Of a stretch of DNA of 64,000 bases, positions 32,360-44,185 are shown one piece after another. The stretch is from Acidobacteriota bacterium. GTDB taxonomy: Bacteria > Acidobacteriota > UBA6911. Under the pieces are notes generated by a model. That model was not told where the DNA came from. It did not search any database and worked only from the letters and a program-made list of their open reading frames with translations. How positions within the stretch are numbered: the stretch's first letter is position 1; every line of letters starts with the position of its first letter. Position numbers and translations under genes: made by a program. The stretch covers positions 1,888,001 to 1,952,000 of the forward strand of contig OY761556.1 of the NCBI GenBank assembly GCA_963664705.1. Reading direction: 5' to 3'.

Positions 32360-33314
32360 GCACCATCAGCTTGGGAAGGCCTTGGGGCGCATCAAGTTTG
32401 ACGCGTATTCGACGCCATTTCCCATCATGAGACTTGTTGGTCGGAATGTAGCCAATGACATATTGAGTACGAAGTTCGGCGTGAATGAGGTCGATATAGT
32501 AGTCGAGCTCGTTGAAGTTGTTCGGGAAAAAGGTTCGTCCCCCTGTTGTGCTGACAAGGTTTTGAATTTCGGCGCGGCCATACCCCAGCTTGCCTTCTTC
32601 GCCAATGGCATAAATCTGAACATCCGATTCCTTCGCGAATTCGCGGACTTCGTTGGCTGAGTATCGGGAACTGTTATCTTCACCGTCCGTGATGACAATC
32701 AGCGCTTTCTTCTCATTTTTCGCATTCTTAATCTGGTCCAATCCCATGTACACCGCGTCATACATCGCGGTTCTCCCGCCGGGCTTCTGGAAGGCCACGT
32801 CATTCTGCAACGAGGAACTCTGGGCAGTGAAAGATTGTACCAGCGTGGTCTTTTGATTGAAGGTGATCAGGAAATACTCATCGTCCGGATTACCGGACTG
32901 AAGGAAGCGCGAGATCGCATTTTTGGCCTTTTTGATGTTGTTGTTGTCCTTCATGCTGCCGCTGACATCAAAAATCAGGCCGACGCTGATAGGGGCAGAT
33001 TGCTGATGGAAATGCGAAATGGTCTGTTCTACCTTATCCTCGTAGATCTGGAAGTGCTCTTTTTCAAGCCCTGTGACGTACCGGTTCAGCGGATCGGTAA
33101 CCGAGACTTTTACAAAAACCGTTTCAACCCCGACTTTGAACAGAGGAGTTGTAGCCGGCCTCTGTGCTTGGCCCATCAAGTCAAGCGCATAGGTCAGAAA
33201 GGCAGCTACAAACAATGCGGAAACAGCCCGAAATCTCAAACTCACGTTAGTGCCTCGTGCGCCAGGTCGCGACGACGCAAATTCAATTAACAGTTTAACA
33301 TCCGGCCCATGCAA
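32325..33314 (-). CDS. VWFA-related Acidobacterial-type VWA domain protein
   Basis: DVSGSM, TAMYD, ITDGEDNSS, LRTQYVIGY; tandem paralog of the downstream gene; start uncertain. Confidence 0.9.
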   Translation of the reverse strand: MHGPDVKLLIEFASSRPGARGTNVSLRFRAVSALFVAAFLTYALDLMGQAQRPATTPLFKVGVETVFVKVSVTDPLNRYVTGLEKEHFQIYEDKVEQTISHFHQQSAPISVGLIFDVSGSMKDNNNIKKAKNAISRFLQSGNPDDEYFLITFNQKTTLVQSFTAQSSSLQNDVAFQKPGGRTAMYDAVYMGLDQIKNAKNEKKALIVITDGEDNSSRYSANEVREFAKESDVQIYAIGEEGKLGYGRAEIQNLVSTTGGRTFFPNNFNELDYYIDLIHAELRTQYVIGYIPTNKSHDGKWRRIRVKLDAPQGLPKLMVHAKEGYYAPKN

Positions 33315-33347
33315 GTCAAGAGTGCGGACGGGTCCGCACCACGCGGA

Positions 33348-35600
33348 TTATTCGGCGTTGAGTCGTTCGAGAAACTCCAGTCCAACCAAAACTTCCCGTG
33401 GTTTGGATCCGTCAGCTGGTCCGACAATTCCATTGTGATACATCATGTCAACCAGTTTGGCCGCCCGCCCATATCCGATGCTGAGCCGACGCTGCAGAAG
33501 GGAAGTGGATGCCCTCCCTTCACCAACGACCACTCGCACCGCATCTTTGTAAAGGCTATCCTGCAATCCCGGGTCAACAGGATTGCCCGCTTCGTCCACT
33601 TCCTCCTGCCCGTAGGTAAGGACCGATTCGTCATAGGACGGCCTGCCTTGCTTGCGCAGGAATTCGACAATAGCCTGTGCTTCCTTTTCACTGACGTAGG
33701 CGCCGTGAATGCGCGTAAGACGAGCCGTCCCGGGCGGAATAAACAACATGTCTCCGTTGCCGAGCAGCTGTTCCGCTCCGTTGCCGTCGATGATCGTGCG
33801 CGAGTCCACCTTCGATGCGACTTTGAAGGCGATGCGGCAGGGGAAGTTGGCTTTAATGATACCTGTAATAACATCCACTGACGGGCGTTGGGTCGCGAGG
33901 ATCAGGTGAATACCTACGGCGCGCGCCATGGCAGCCAGGCGCGAAATCGATTCCTCTACCTCTCGGGAAGAAACCATCATCAGGTCGGCGAGCTCGTCAA
34001 TGACAATCACGATGTAGGAAAGCGGCCGCTCCAACTCGCCTTCCGCTTCTTTTTCGAGGAAGGACATCTGGCTGCTCGAGCTACGGATCAGCGTGTTGTA
34101 TTGGTCGATATTGCGCACGCCGCGCAGCGCCAGCTTTTTATAGCGGCTCTCCATTTCGCTGGTGGCCCAGCGGAGCGCATTGGCCGCCTCGCCCGCGTCC
34201 GTGACAATAGGGGTCAGGAGATGGGGGATATCCGAATACAGTCCGAGCTCAAGACGCTTGGGATCGATGAATACAAAACGGACTTCCTCTGGAGTCGCCT
34301 TGTATAGGATCGACGTAATCATGCAATTGAGCGCCACGCTCTTTCCTGATCCCGTGGCCCCGGCAATCAAAAGATGCGGCATGCGCGCAAGATCTGTTAC
34401 AAAGGGGCTGCCGTTGATCAGCTTTCCAAGCGACAGCGTCAGCCTGGAAGCAGACTTTTGGAAGACCTCGGACTCCACCAGTTCGCGAAGCATGATGGTT
34501 TCGCGCTGGCTGTTGGGTACTTCAATCCCAACGGTAGCCTTGCCCGGAATCCGATCGATTCGAACCGATTCTGCCTTGATCCCGAGGCACAGGTCATCCA
34601 CAAGCCCGGTAATCCTGGCATACTTGATTCCGGCATCCGGCTTGAATTCGAATGTGGTAACCACCGGCCCAGGATGGATCTGCGTAATGCTTCCATTGAC
34701 ATCGAACTCCGCGCACTTGTCGGAGATCATACGGGCGCGTTCCATCAGGTCGGCTTCATTGACAGGGAAGGGATTATCCGCAGGGCTCAGCAGAGATACC
34801 GGCGGCAAAGTGAATTTGCGCGATTTCGAGCCGTCCTGTTCGGGACCCTTGGTCTGCGCCGGTTTTTGCGGCGGCGGATCAGGTGTGCGCACCACAGGGG
34901 GCGGTGCAGACGGTTTGGTATCGGCAGAAGCGATGGCGGCCTTCACCGGAACAGGGCGCGGATCAGGCTTTATGACAGGCGCCGAGGATGGCTTAATATT
35001 GACAACCGCCGGCTTTCGATTCTCCCGCCATTTCTTGAATCGATCCCAAAGCTTTGGCCGCGGTATTCCAGCCTCCGGCGCAATCCGCGTAAAAAATCGA
35101 TTTAGCGAAAGCGTCGTGGCCGCCAGAATTCCCAGAAGCAACGCCCCTGCGATCACTATAATCGTGCCGGTACGATTGAGGTTAGGCAGAAGCAAGTCAT
35201 CGACGATCAGAACCCCTATGAGCCCGCCAGGTTTGAGGGCTCCATCCTTCACCCGCAGGGGAGTCAAATGCATAACGGCACTGGCACTGACAATCAGCAG
35301 GAACAGTCCAATCGTTCTCAGGTAAGGCGTCTGAATTTCACGGGCAAAGATATATTTCCAGCTCAATATGAACAGTGGAACCGGAAGAAGAAAAGCAGCA
35401 AAGCCAAAAATCTGGAAAAGAAAATCACTGGTATACGCCCCGATTCTTCCTATCCGGTTGTCGGGCATCTTAGCCGACAGCACATTGAAGCTGGAATCAT
35501 GCGGGTTATAGGATAAAAGACAAAGTAAAACCAATACTGCAACTAATAATAGGAAAACACCTATGAATTCATGTCTTTTTGCATTCGTTTCGTGCGGCAT
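33348..35600 (-). CDS. ftsK: DNA translocase FtsK
   Basis: N-terminal TM domain, PHLLIAGATGSGKS, IDELADLM, ATQRPSVDVITG, gamma domain STSLLQRRLSIGYGRAA. Confidence 0.97.
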   Translation of the reverse strand: MPHETNAKRHEFIGVFLLLVAVLVLLCLLSYNPHDSSFNVLSAKMPDNRIGRIGAYTSDFLFQIFGFAAFLLPVPLFILSWKYIFAREIQTPYLRTIGLFLLIVSASAVMHLTPLRVKDGALKPGGLIGVLIVDDLLLPNLNRTGTIIVIAGALLLGILAATTLSLNRFFTRIAPEAGIPRPKLWDRFKKWRENRKPAVVNIKPSSAPVIKPDPRPVPVKAAIASADTKPSAPPPVVRTPDPPPQKPAQTKGPEQDGSKSRKFTLPPVSLLSPADNPFPVNEADLMERARMISDKCAEFDVNGSITQIHPGPVVTTFEFKPDAGIKYARITGLVDDLCLGIKAESVRIDRIPGKATVGIEVPNSQRETIMLRELVESEVFQKSASRLTLSLGKLINGSPFVTDLARMPHLLIAGATGSGKSVALNCMITSILYKATPEEVRFVFIDPKRLELGLYSDIPHLLTPIVTDAGEAANALRWATSEMESRYKKLALRGVRNIDQYNTLIRSSSSQMSFLEKEAEGELERPLSYIVIVIDELADLMMVSSREVEESISRLAAMARAVGIHLILATQRPSVDVITGIIKANFPCRIAFKVASKVDSRTIIDGNGAEQLLGNGDMLFIPPGTARLTRIHGAYVSEKEAQAIVEFLRKQGRPSYDESVLTYGQEEVDEAGNPVDPGLQDSLYKDAVRVVVGEGRASTSLLQRRLSIGYGRAAKLVDMMYHNGIVGPADGSKPREVLVGLEFLERLNAE

Positions 35601-35695
35601 GTGCTAGTCCACTTCCAGTATCGCTGGTTTGACGGGCTATCCGAGATCCAACGCATCGCATTCCTTGACCGCTGGAGTCCTATCAAGCAAGAAAA

Positions 35696-37357
35696 TCAGA
35701 TTTCATAAATCACCGGAACAATCATGGGGCGTGTTCCGGTTTGTTTGCGAAAATATCTTTTCAACCCGGCCCGGATGGCTTCGCTGAGAACGAGGGAATC
35801 CGCGCGCTCTTCCTGGCTGCATTCCTCCACGGTCTTGATCACGATATCGCGTGCTTCGGAAAGAAACGCGGCCGCTTCTTCCTCCTGCACATGGCCGCGG
35901 CTGACGAGTTCGGGCAAGCCTTCGAGGTTGCCGGTGGATTTGTTAATCGCGACAACGGCAAGAACAACGCCCTCTTCAGACAGGTGCTGGCGGTCCCGGA
36001 CCACGACTTCATCGAGTTCGGCAACGCCTCCTTCGTCGATAAGGCGACGGCCAACGGGAGCTTTGCCCTCAATCCGGACGGACTCGGGTTCCAGGACAAG
36101 AATGTCACCCGTTTCAGCCAGCAGGATTCGCTCCTGGGGAATTCCGACTTCGCGGGCAAGGAGGGCATGAGAGTAGAGTTGTCGATATTCCCCGTGGACA
36201 GGAACAAAGAACCGGGGCCGAGTCAGGTTGAGCATTAACTTCAGTTCTTCCTGGCTGGCGTGTCCCGAGACATGCATGGACCACTGGCTCTCGTCAAAGA
36301 CGCGGGCTCCTCGGCGGCAAAAATGATTGACGAGGCGCGACACGCGTCCTTCATTTCCAGGGATGACGCGGGCGCTGATGATGACGGAGTCCCCTTCCTT
36401 TACACTCAGCTCCTTATGTTTGCCGAAGGCCAGCCTCGTAAGGGCGGCCAAGGGCTCTCCCTGGCTGCCTGTGCTAAGGATGACTAGTCGGTTATCGGGA
36501 ATGCCCTGACATTCGGAACTGTCGGCCAAAACACCGGCCGGGATATTCAAATAGCCGAGCTGTGAAGCAATGCCGATGTTTTCCTTCATGCTCCGGCCCA
36601 GCGGCACCACGCGTCGTCCAAACTTCTGCGCCAGTTCCAGGATGATCTGAATCCTGTGAATGCTGGATGCAAAGCAGGCCACCACGATCTTGTTCGGGCT
36701 GCTGAAGAAGACCTGTTCGATATGCCGGCGGACGTGATTCTCCGACGGGGTGAACCCGGGTCTTTCGCTATTGGTGCTGTCGCTGAACAGTGCCAGTACG
36801 CCATTCTCCCCGAAATAAGACAGCCTTGCGTAATCGGTCAGATTGCGGTTTGGCGGGGACTGATCCAATTTGAAGTCACCCGTATGGATAATCGTGCCGA
36901 CCGGTGTCGTGATGGCAAAGCCGATGCTGTCCGCAATGCTATGGGTCATACTAAGGACTTCAACGTGGATATCACCAAAATCCATGGCATCGCGAGGACT
37001 GACTGCGTGCAATTCAGCCGAATCGAGAATCCCATTTTCCTCAAGCCGTCCTCGGGCGAATCCCAGGGTCAGCGGCGTCCCATAGACGGGTGCGGAAACA
37101 TCTTTCAGGAGATAGGCTAGAGCCCCAATGTGATCTTCGTGACCATGGGTCAGCAGAACCGCGCGGACTTTATCCTCGTTTTCCAGCAGGTAGGCAAAGT
37201 CTGGAATAACCAGGTCGACTCCCAACATGTCGTCACGGGGGAACATTAATCCGGCATCGATGACGATGATGTCATCCCCGTAACGAACCGCCATCGAATT
37301 CATTCCAAATTCCCCAAGTCCGCCCAGGGGAATGATTTCCATTTGATTAGACATCAC
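35696..37357 (-). CDS. rnj: Ribonuclease J
   Basis: PLGGLGEFGMN, THGHEDHIG, HTGDFK, HVSGH, PVHGE. Confidence 0.96.
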   Translation of the reverse strand: MMSNQMEIIPLGGLGEFGMNSMAVRYGDDIIVIDAGLMFPRDDMLGVDLVIPDFAYLLENEDKVRAVLLTHGHEDHIGALAYLLKDVSAPVYGTPLTLGFARGRLEENGILDSAELHAVSPRDAMDFGDIHVEVLSMTHSIADSIGFAITTPVGTIIHTGDFKLDQSPPNRNLTDYARLSYFGENGVLALFSDSTNSERPGFTPSENHVRRHIEQVFFSSPNKIVVACFASSIHRIQIILELAQKFGRRVVPLGRSMKENIGIASQLGYLNIPAGVLADSSECQGIPDNRLVILSTGSQGEPLAALTRLAFGKHKELSVKEGDSVIISARVIPGNEGRVSRLVNHFCRRGARVFDESQWSMHVSGHASQEELKLMLNLTRPRFFVPVHGEYRQLYSHALLAREVGIPQERILLAETGDILVLEPESVRIEGKAPVGRRLIDEGGVAELDEVVVRDRQHLSEEGVVLAVVAINKSTGNLEGLPELVSRGHVQEEEAAAFLSEARDIVIKTVEECSQEERADSLVLSEAIRAGLKRYFRKQTGTRPMIVPVIYEI

Positions 37358-37401
37358 TTGTTTTTCCGGATGGTTAAGGGCGAAGTATAGCCCAAAAAAA
37401 T

Positions 37402-37428
37402 TCAGAAGTCAGGAGTCAGAAGTCAGAA
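37402..37428 (+). repeat. Heptamer tandem repeat TCAG(A/G)AG x4
   Basis: TCAGAAG TCAGGAG TCAGAAG TCAGAA in the rsmA-rnj spacer. Confidence 0.65.
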
Positions 37429-37432
37429 TAAA

Positions 37433-38302
37433 TCAAAGATTTGTCGATTTTTGTCCGCCGTTCTGAAATTCCTCCCAATACACCGAGGCGAGATGTTCAT
37501 ACTGCTGGATGGTGAGCTCCTCGGCCCGCGCGGAGCCATTGATTCCGGCATGGGAAATGAGAGCATCGGATACCGCGCCGAGAGCGGCATGTCTGGAAAG
37601 CGAATTGGACAGGGTTTTGCGCCGGTAATTGAAGGCCGCTTTGACTACTTCATCAAAGGCAGCTTCGAAAGGCGGGTTCCACACTCGCTGTTTTGGATGG
37701 AGCGCTACCATAGCGGAGGTAACCTTGGGTCGCGGGACGAAGCATGCGGAGGATACCTTGAAGCCCATCTCGACATGCGCATGGTGCTGGCAATATACGG
37801 AAAAGAAGCCATATTCTTTTGAGCCCGGATTGGCTGTGATGCGCTGGGCAACCTCGAGTTGCACCATGAAATGCATATCTTGAACAGGATGGGCATTTTG
37901 AAGCAGCTTTTCTATGATGACCGTGGCGATGTTGTAAGGTAGATTCCCTGCCACCCGGATTTTTTCGCTCGGCGGAAGCTGCGCAGCCAGGAAACCTGAG
38001 AGCTCAAGCTGGAGAAAATCACCCGGAACCACGATGGCGGAAGGGAAGGGGCTCAGGGTTTCTGTCAGGAGCGGGATGCGATCCAAGTCTATTTCCAATG
38101 CAATATACCGGGAAACGCGGGGTGCAAGCAGTTTTGATATCGCACCGTCGCCGGCTCCAATTTCGAGAAATGAATCGACGGAGCCCGGCTGAATCCACCG
38201 GACAATACGGTCGATAACTCCCGTATCTCTTAGAAAATGTTGCCCAAAGCGCTTTTTTGCGCCCGGAGCATTGGGCTTGACAAGGTCTGAGTACACTTCC
38301 AT
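37433..38302 (-). CDS. rsmA: 16S rRNA dimethyladenosine transferase
   Basis: KKRFGQHFL, LEIGAGDG, GNLPYNI, MVQLEVAQR, FVPRPKVTS. Confidence 0.96.
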   Translation of the reverse strand: MEVYSDLVKPNAPGAKKRFGQHFLRDTGVIDRIVRWIQPGSVDSFLEIGAGDGAISKLLAPRVSRYIALEIDLDRIPLLTETLSPFPSAIVVPGDFLQLELSGFLAAQLPPSEKIRVAGNLPYNIATVIIEKLLQNAHPVQDMHFMVQLEVAQRITANPGSKEYGFFSVYCQHHAHVEMGFKVSSACFVPRPKVTSAMVALHPKQRVWNPPFEAAFDEVVKAAFNYRRKTLSNSLSRHAALGAVSDALISHAGINGSARAEELTIQQYEHLASVYWEEFQNGGQKSTNL

Positions 38303-38365
38303 AATAACTTTCTATTTTATAGGGGCGGAAGTTTGCCTTCAATGTAAGTTAGGAGAATTTGAAAG

Positions 38366-38716
38366 ATGAGCGGAAAAGTATCAGAGGTCGGGGATCAGAA
38401 TTTTGAGGCAGAGGTCCTGAATTCTCCAATGCCGGTCCTAGTGGACTTTTGGGCTGCATGGTGCGCACCTTGCCGGATGCTCGCCCCTGTGGTAGAAGCG
38501 ATCGCCGAGCAGTATGACGGGCAGGCGAAGGTGGTAAAAGTGAATGTGGATGAAAACACCCTGACGTCCGGGAAATACAACATCAAAGGGATCCCAACCC
38601 TGTTGCTTTTCAAAGACGGAGTCATCAAAGAACAGATCATCGGCAATACGACCAAGGGTACGATCTCCAAGATGATCGATAACCACCTGGAATCGGATGC
38701 CGTTCAAAACTCCTAA
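38366..38716 (+). CDS. trxA: Thioredoxin
   Basis: VDFWAAWCAPCR, GIPTLLLFK. Confidence 0.95.
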   Translation: MSGKVSEVGDQNFEAEVLNSPMPVLVDFWAAWCAPCRMLAPVVEAIAEQYDGQAKVVKVNVDENTLTSGKYNIKGIPTLLLFKDGVIKEQIIGNTTKGTISKMIDNHLESDAVQNS

Positions 38717-38810
38717 TAGAAGCAGCCATCTGCGTTGCGCCTGGATTTTGTGAGCACGGATAATTATCCGCGGAGCAGTGGAAGCGTGCTCGCGGGATTC
38801 GCGCGCCTGA

Positions 38811-40148
<1,338 letters not shown>

Positions 40149-40163
40149 TACTGCACGAAATTC

Positions 40164-40204
40164 GTGAAACTCGCGGCAATAACTCCTTTGGTCGCGAGTT
40201 TCAC
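40164..40204. terminator. Stem-loop downstream of purA
   Basis: Perfect 12-bp inverted repeat GTGAAACTCGCG / CGCGAGTTTCAC; no immediate U-tract. Confidence 0.5.
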
Positions 40205-40298
40205 AATCGCTGTCAACTTTCAGCGACTCCTCTTTTTGTTTGCGGTCACGCCGAACCTGTGAAAAAATCATAATGATACTTTTCTCAGTCAAAGGACT

Positions 40299-41051
40299 GT
40301 GGCGATGATTCGTAAGAGCGCGGTCGGCGTTGCCCTTCTTTTCACAATTCAACTGGCTTTTGCACAGAGCTTTCAGAAAAGCTACGACCTTCCTGCCAGC
40401 GGTCAGATTTTTATCGACAACTTTCTGGGCGATATAAGGGTTTCTGGCTCTGCCGGCAAGAGTATCGAAGTAAAGGCCATCCGGAAGGGACCGGAAACGG
40501 ATTCCGTCCAGATCAATGACATGAGCTATGGAAGCCGGATTCAGATCATGGTGCGTTATCCGAAAGAGCCGGGTGGAACAACCATTGTTGACCTCGAGAT
40601 AAAAGTGCCCAATACGGTTCCATTCAACTTCGATCGATTGACCTCTTTTGCAGGGAATGTTTCAGTTGCGAATATTGTCGGCCGCCTGCGGGCGGAAAGT
40701 GTTCGGGGCAGCGTTGAGATCAAGGATGTGCGTGGTCTGGTGAGTGCCTTTTCGGTAAGCGGCTGTGTAACGGCCGATATCAACAAGGTGCAGGATCCGA
40801 GCAACATGCGCTTCCGATCCATCAGCGGCGATGTTGCCGTTTCGGCGCCGGCAAATCTGGACGCCTTGATTTTCATGTCCAGTGACAGTGGCATGCTACG
40901 GAGTGATTTTCCAATAGATATTCAGGAGAGGCGTTACGGACCGGGAAGAGAAGCTCGCGGAAAAATTGGTTCCGGGAAACAGGTTTTATGGATCAATTCC
41001 AATTCCGGCCGTGTCAGCCTGATCCAGAAGCCGGAGAAACAGGCATCATGA
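40299..41051 (+). CDS. DUF4097-like beta-strand repeat exported protein
   Basis: Signal peptide; repeated S..G.V units (SVRGSV, SISGDV, SNSGRV). Confidence 0.75.
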   Translation: MAMIRKSAVGVALLFTIQLAFAQSFQKSYDLPASGQIFIDNFLGDIRVSGSAGKSIEVKAIRKGPETDSVQINDMSYGSRIQIMVRYPKEPGGTTIVDLEIKVPNTVPFNFDRLTSFAGNVSVANIVGRLRAESVRGSVEIKDVRGLVSAFSVSGCVTADINKVQDPSNMRFRSISGDVAVSAPANLDALIFMSSDSGMLRSDFPIDIQERRYGPGREARGKIGSGKQVLWINSNSGRVSLIQKPEKQAS

Positions 41052-41494
41052 GCGATCTTACCTATGAAACTCTCCGGAAGCGTATTTCGGACGAGCTGAA
41101 TGTGCGCGTGAAGGAATTCGGCAAGACGGTAGAAGAAGTGGACCGGCATTTCCGTTATCTGGGCTTCGCGAAAACGGTTTGGATTCCGGACAGAATACAT
41201 GTGGCGGATATCGGCGGGTTGGATGCCGAGAGCTATGTCGGGTATGCGCGAATTGAGGGAAAATGGAGCCTGAGCATTCGGACCGTCGAACGCGATCGCG
41301 AGACGCGTTCCTTTGTCAACCAGCGCGTCTACTCCGTTGCCACCAGCGGCAATATGGAAATCGTCGTCAGCGCGCTGAAAAAGGTTCCCGATTTGTTGCG
41401 CTCGATTGACAAGGCGGTAACACAGCAGATGAAAACGCTCTCGGAGGCCGGTGCCGAGTACGACTGGCTGCGCGATCCGGACTGCAGGTTTTAG
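41048..41494 (+). CDS. Hypothetical protein
   Basis: ATGA-coupled to the upstream gene; 148 aa. Confidence 0.75.
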   Translation: MSDLTYETLRKRISDELNVRVKEFGKTVEEVDRHFRYLGFAKTVWIPDRIHVADIGGLDAESYVGYARIEGKWSLSIRTVERDRETRSFVNQRVYSVATSGNMEIVVSALKKVPDLLRSIDKAVTQQMKTLSEAGAEYDWLRDPDCRF

Positions 41495-41541
41495 GGACGA
41501 ATCCATTTTCAAATTAAATATAAAAAAAGCAGAAACTACCT

Positions 41542-41569
41542 TTGAAACCACGCGTAAGCGTGCTAATCT
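41542..41569 (+). promoter_or_regulatory. Candidate promoter of tRNA-Lys
   Basis: TTGAAA-16 bp-TAATCT with TGn extension, AT-rich UP-like tract upstream. Confidence 0.45.
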
Positions 41570-41614
41570 TTTCGCTCGTTGCCCGAGGCTTATGGGCAAC
41601 AGCCTCGTTAGAAT

Positions 41615-41690
41615 GGGCCGTTAGCTCAGTCGGCAGAGCATCTGCCTTTTAAGCAGAGGGTCGTTGGTTCGAGTCCAACACGGCTCATCA
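41615..41690 (+). tRNA. tRNA-Lys (TTT); 3' end encoded as TCA rather than CCA
   Basis: Acceptor GGGCCGT/ACGGCTC, D-arm GCTC/GAGC, anticodon stem TCTGC/GCAGA with loop CTTTTAA, T-loop GTTCGAG. Confidence 0.96.
41646..41690 (+). repeat. attL core (45 bp, 3' half of tRNA-Lys)
   Basis: CTTTTAAGCAGAGGGTCGTTGGTTCGAGTCCAACACGGCTCATCA, identical to 51488-51532. Confidence 0.95.
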
Positions 41691-41758
41691 CACAAGCACA
41701 ATCCAATCAAACGTTTAGCCATTCTGAAATCTGCAGGCTTCTCTTGTTTTGGCGTCAC

Positions 41759-41777
41759 TGTGCCCTGAATTGTGCCC
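41759..41777 (+). promoter_or_regulatory. Putative integrase arm-type site pair (left)
   Basis: TGTGCCC-N5-TGTGCCC about 70 bp inside attL; same motif inside attR. Confidence 0.7.
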
Positions 41778-41866
41778 TAGGAGGCTATGTATGGTCCTTT
41801 GGTTTTCTCATAATGGAACCACAGGTGGCGTAACCTTAGATAATTGAGCAAAATTTGCACATTTGA

Positions 41867-44110
41867 TCACTCAACACCAAAAACAGCATTGCGTTGAACT
41901 ATTTGATTCGACCTGCTTTCTTTGACGGTGACACGCAATTCATAGATGCCTGGATCCAAACTGCTGAGATCCATATCATCGTGAACCTCAAACCATCCTT
42001 TGCTATCGACCTTTGTCTCGTCCTCGAAGATTGCAAGCCAAGGCTCAGCCTTGACCGCCTTTCCTCCCTTTAGCAACTCACGCATGAACACTATTTCCGC
42101 ATCCTGTGAGGTAGTCTTTCCTGGATGTATGCGGAAGGAATATTCGCAGAATATGTCTCGCCCATATAAAGGGATCCCTTGGGCTATTTTGATTTGCTCA
42201 AGGTCCCTCTTATCATCTTCACCTAACTCAGAATTCTTATTAAGTGGATTTCGTAAGATAATGCTGCTCATGTCAAATTTTTGATTCTCAGGCTCTCGTA
42301 CGTCAACCCAGGCGGTGGCGGTACCAAATTTATCGGTTCCTTCTTCCCGAATCCCGATGCGTGCTTGATAAACGCCCGGTTTAAGAAGCAGCCTTCGCGA
42401 AAAACGGTATCCATTATTCTCGGCTTGCGACACACGTTCTGGCGTCAGTTTCCCGTTCACGGTTGCTGAGATCGCTTCCACCTGCTTAGATTCAGCATCA
42501 TAGATATAGCTAATAATTTCAAATCCGATATTTGCAGTCTGCCTTTGTTCCGTTTGTGTGGATTTGTACCCTTCAAAATCGATTGTCAGGGTCACATTCT
42601 TGTCATCGGACTGGTTTGTCATGAACTCTGATGTTGCCGAAACATTCAATTGATTTAGAGAGTATCCAGCATTAATGGAATTAATTAGGCGTTGATGCGG
42701 CGAAATTACAGCCTCACTTTCAGATTTGCTTTTTAACGCAGAGGGATAGAACCCGCGGGCCGTTTGGACCGCATATTCGGGATGATTTCGAACCCGCAAC
42801 CTTATTTTTCTGAATTTTTGACCGTTGTCGTTGGCTTGCAAATAATAGGCAAGAACATAGTAGTACCGATTTGCGTCTAGAGCCTCATCAACCAATCGAT
42901 CAATGTTATTCGTTGCACCAAACAGTTTTCCGCCAGTTTCCTGTGCAATTTGCGAGAGTCCATTCAATTCTTCGCGTTCGGATAAGCTCATAATCCTATT
43001 TATTTGTCCAGGGTCTGGTGCCTCGCAACGAGGCTCTGTTGTGCCATTACAATTTGTTTCGACGCTATCTGGGGTAGAAGACGATCTATTCTTTCCTGCG
43101 TCAACAGTTGGTGGAATCTGTAGGCCCTTCGCATCAATGGCATAGACCGCCACTCCTGATTTTACAGCGAGGTCGATAATCGGTCGAAGTTGATCAGAAT
43201 GAGTACCGGAGTCGTTGTCATAAAGGGTAAACCCGTCCGAAAAGATGATTATCATCTTTTTCCCCGGCAGATTGATCATTTGTTCTGAAAAATCCCTAAT
43301 AGCAGAAACGGTACTTTTGCGATAAAAGGATTGTTCGGAAAGCACCTGCAAAGCTCTATTGCGTGCAAGCGTCCGTAGCATGCAGCAGTCCCTGAGGTTT
43401 TGCTCACCCCTTATAAGATCTATCGCTAGTCTGTAGTCATCCACTTGGTTTGCAAGAACTCCGGCTGCCAGGAGAGGCGTAAATGCTTTTTCAGAGCCGA
43501 TTGGACCTAGACGAATTTGCTCAATAGCATAATTGAGCAGTTTTTTATCTTGCGTAAACTGCTGGGCGATTCCGAGGGTCTGACCGCTGGTTGCTATTGC
43601 AGCCATGTCTCGGTCAGTCATCCTAACAGATGTGAAATGTCTCAGAGCTTCCTTCACGCGATTGAGACTTGAGATTGATAAATGCAGAGTATCAACAAAA
43701 AGTAACGTACTCCTGTCGGGAGTTTGGCTCTGCTCTTTTTGTGTGACATGGCCCAAGCGCGGTTCATTTTCAACGCTACCTTGCTTTTTTTGATTATCAT
43801 CCAGCCTGGAGATGTTAAAGAAACTGATCTCCTGCGGTTTTTCATCTTCATATAACTCAAAGTCTTCCTTTTTGAGATTTTCAACCACATGGCCTGAACG
43901 ATCCAGAACAACTGTACGCAACTGCATAAGTTCTGTTTTGGTCTTGATCAGCAACCCTTCTTGCTTCTCTATGGAGCCGTTCTGTGCTGCCGTCTCCCTG
44001 GTTTCATATTGCATAGCTACAAAAAGTGCTAAACCCAGAGTACAGAGGATACGATAGTTGATCACACTCTTTCCCCTCCAAAGAAAACAACTTGCGGCAA
44101 CGCAGTTCAA
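41867..44110 (-). CDS. Large VWFA-related Acidobacterial-type protein (element cargo)
   Basis: VLDRSGHVVENLKKEDFELYEDEKPQEI, FVDTLHLS, FSDGF, AVYAIDAKGL, YYVLAYY, C-terminal Ig-like PGIYELRV; start probably near 44065. Confidence 0.85.
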   Translation of the reverse strand: MNCVAASCFLWRGKSVINYRILCTLGLALFVAMQYETRETAAQNGSIEKQEGLLIKTKTELMQLRTVVLDRSGHVVENLKKEDFELYEDEKPQEISFFNISRLDDNQKKQGSVENEPRLGHVTQKEQSQTPDRSTLLFVDTLHLSISSLNRVKEALRHFTSVRMTDRDMAAIATSGQTLGIAQQFTQDKKLLNYAIEQIRLGPIGSEKAFTPLLAAGVLANQVDDYRLAIDLIRGEQNLRDCCMLRTLARNRALQVLSEQSFYRKSTVSAIRDFSEQMINLPGKKMIIIFSDGFTLYDNDSGTHSDQLRPIIDLAVKSGVAVYAIDAKGLQIPPTVDAGKNRSSSTPDSVETNCNGTTEPRCEAPDPGQINRIMSLSEREELNGLSQIAQETGGKLFGATNNIDRLVDEALDANRYYYVLAYYLQANDNGQKFRKIRLRVRNHPEYAVQTARGFYPSALKSKSESEAVISPHQRLINSINAGYSLNQLNVSATSEFMTNQSDDKNVTLTIDFEGYKSTQTEQRQTANIGFEIISYIYDAESKQVEAISATVNGKLTPERVSQAENNGYRFSRRLLLKPGVYQARIGIREEGTDKFGTATAWVDVREPENQKFDMSSIILRNPLNKNSELGEDDKRDLEQIKIAQGIPLYGRDIFCEYSFRIHPGKTTSQDAEIVFMRELLKGGKAVKAEPWLAIFEDETKVDSKGWFEVHDDMDLSSLDPGIYELRVTVKESRSNQIVQRNAVFGVE

Positions 44111-44185
44111 AGCTTAGAGTATTCTTAAATTGAGATTCAAAAGACAAGCTGTAAGTTCAAAGAAACTCAAAAAGGGGGATATAAA

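Noticed and set aside
34162-35325. 387-aa + strand ORF, and similar long antisense ORFs at 3641-4612, 11131-12060 and 38895-39887
   Set aside because: Antisense shadows of well-supported genes (ftsK, propeller, carB, purA) with no recognisable motifs.
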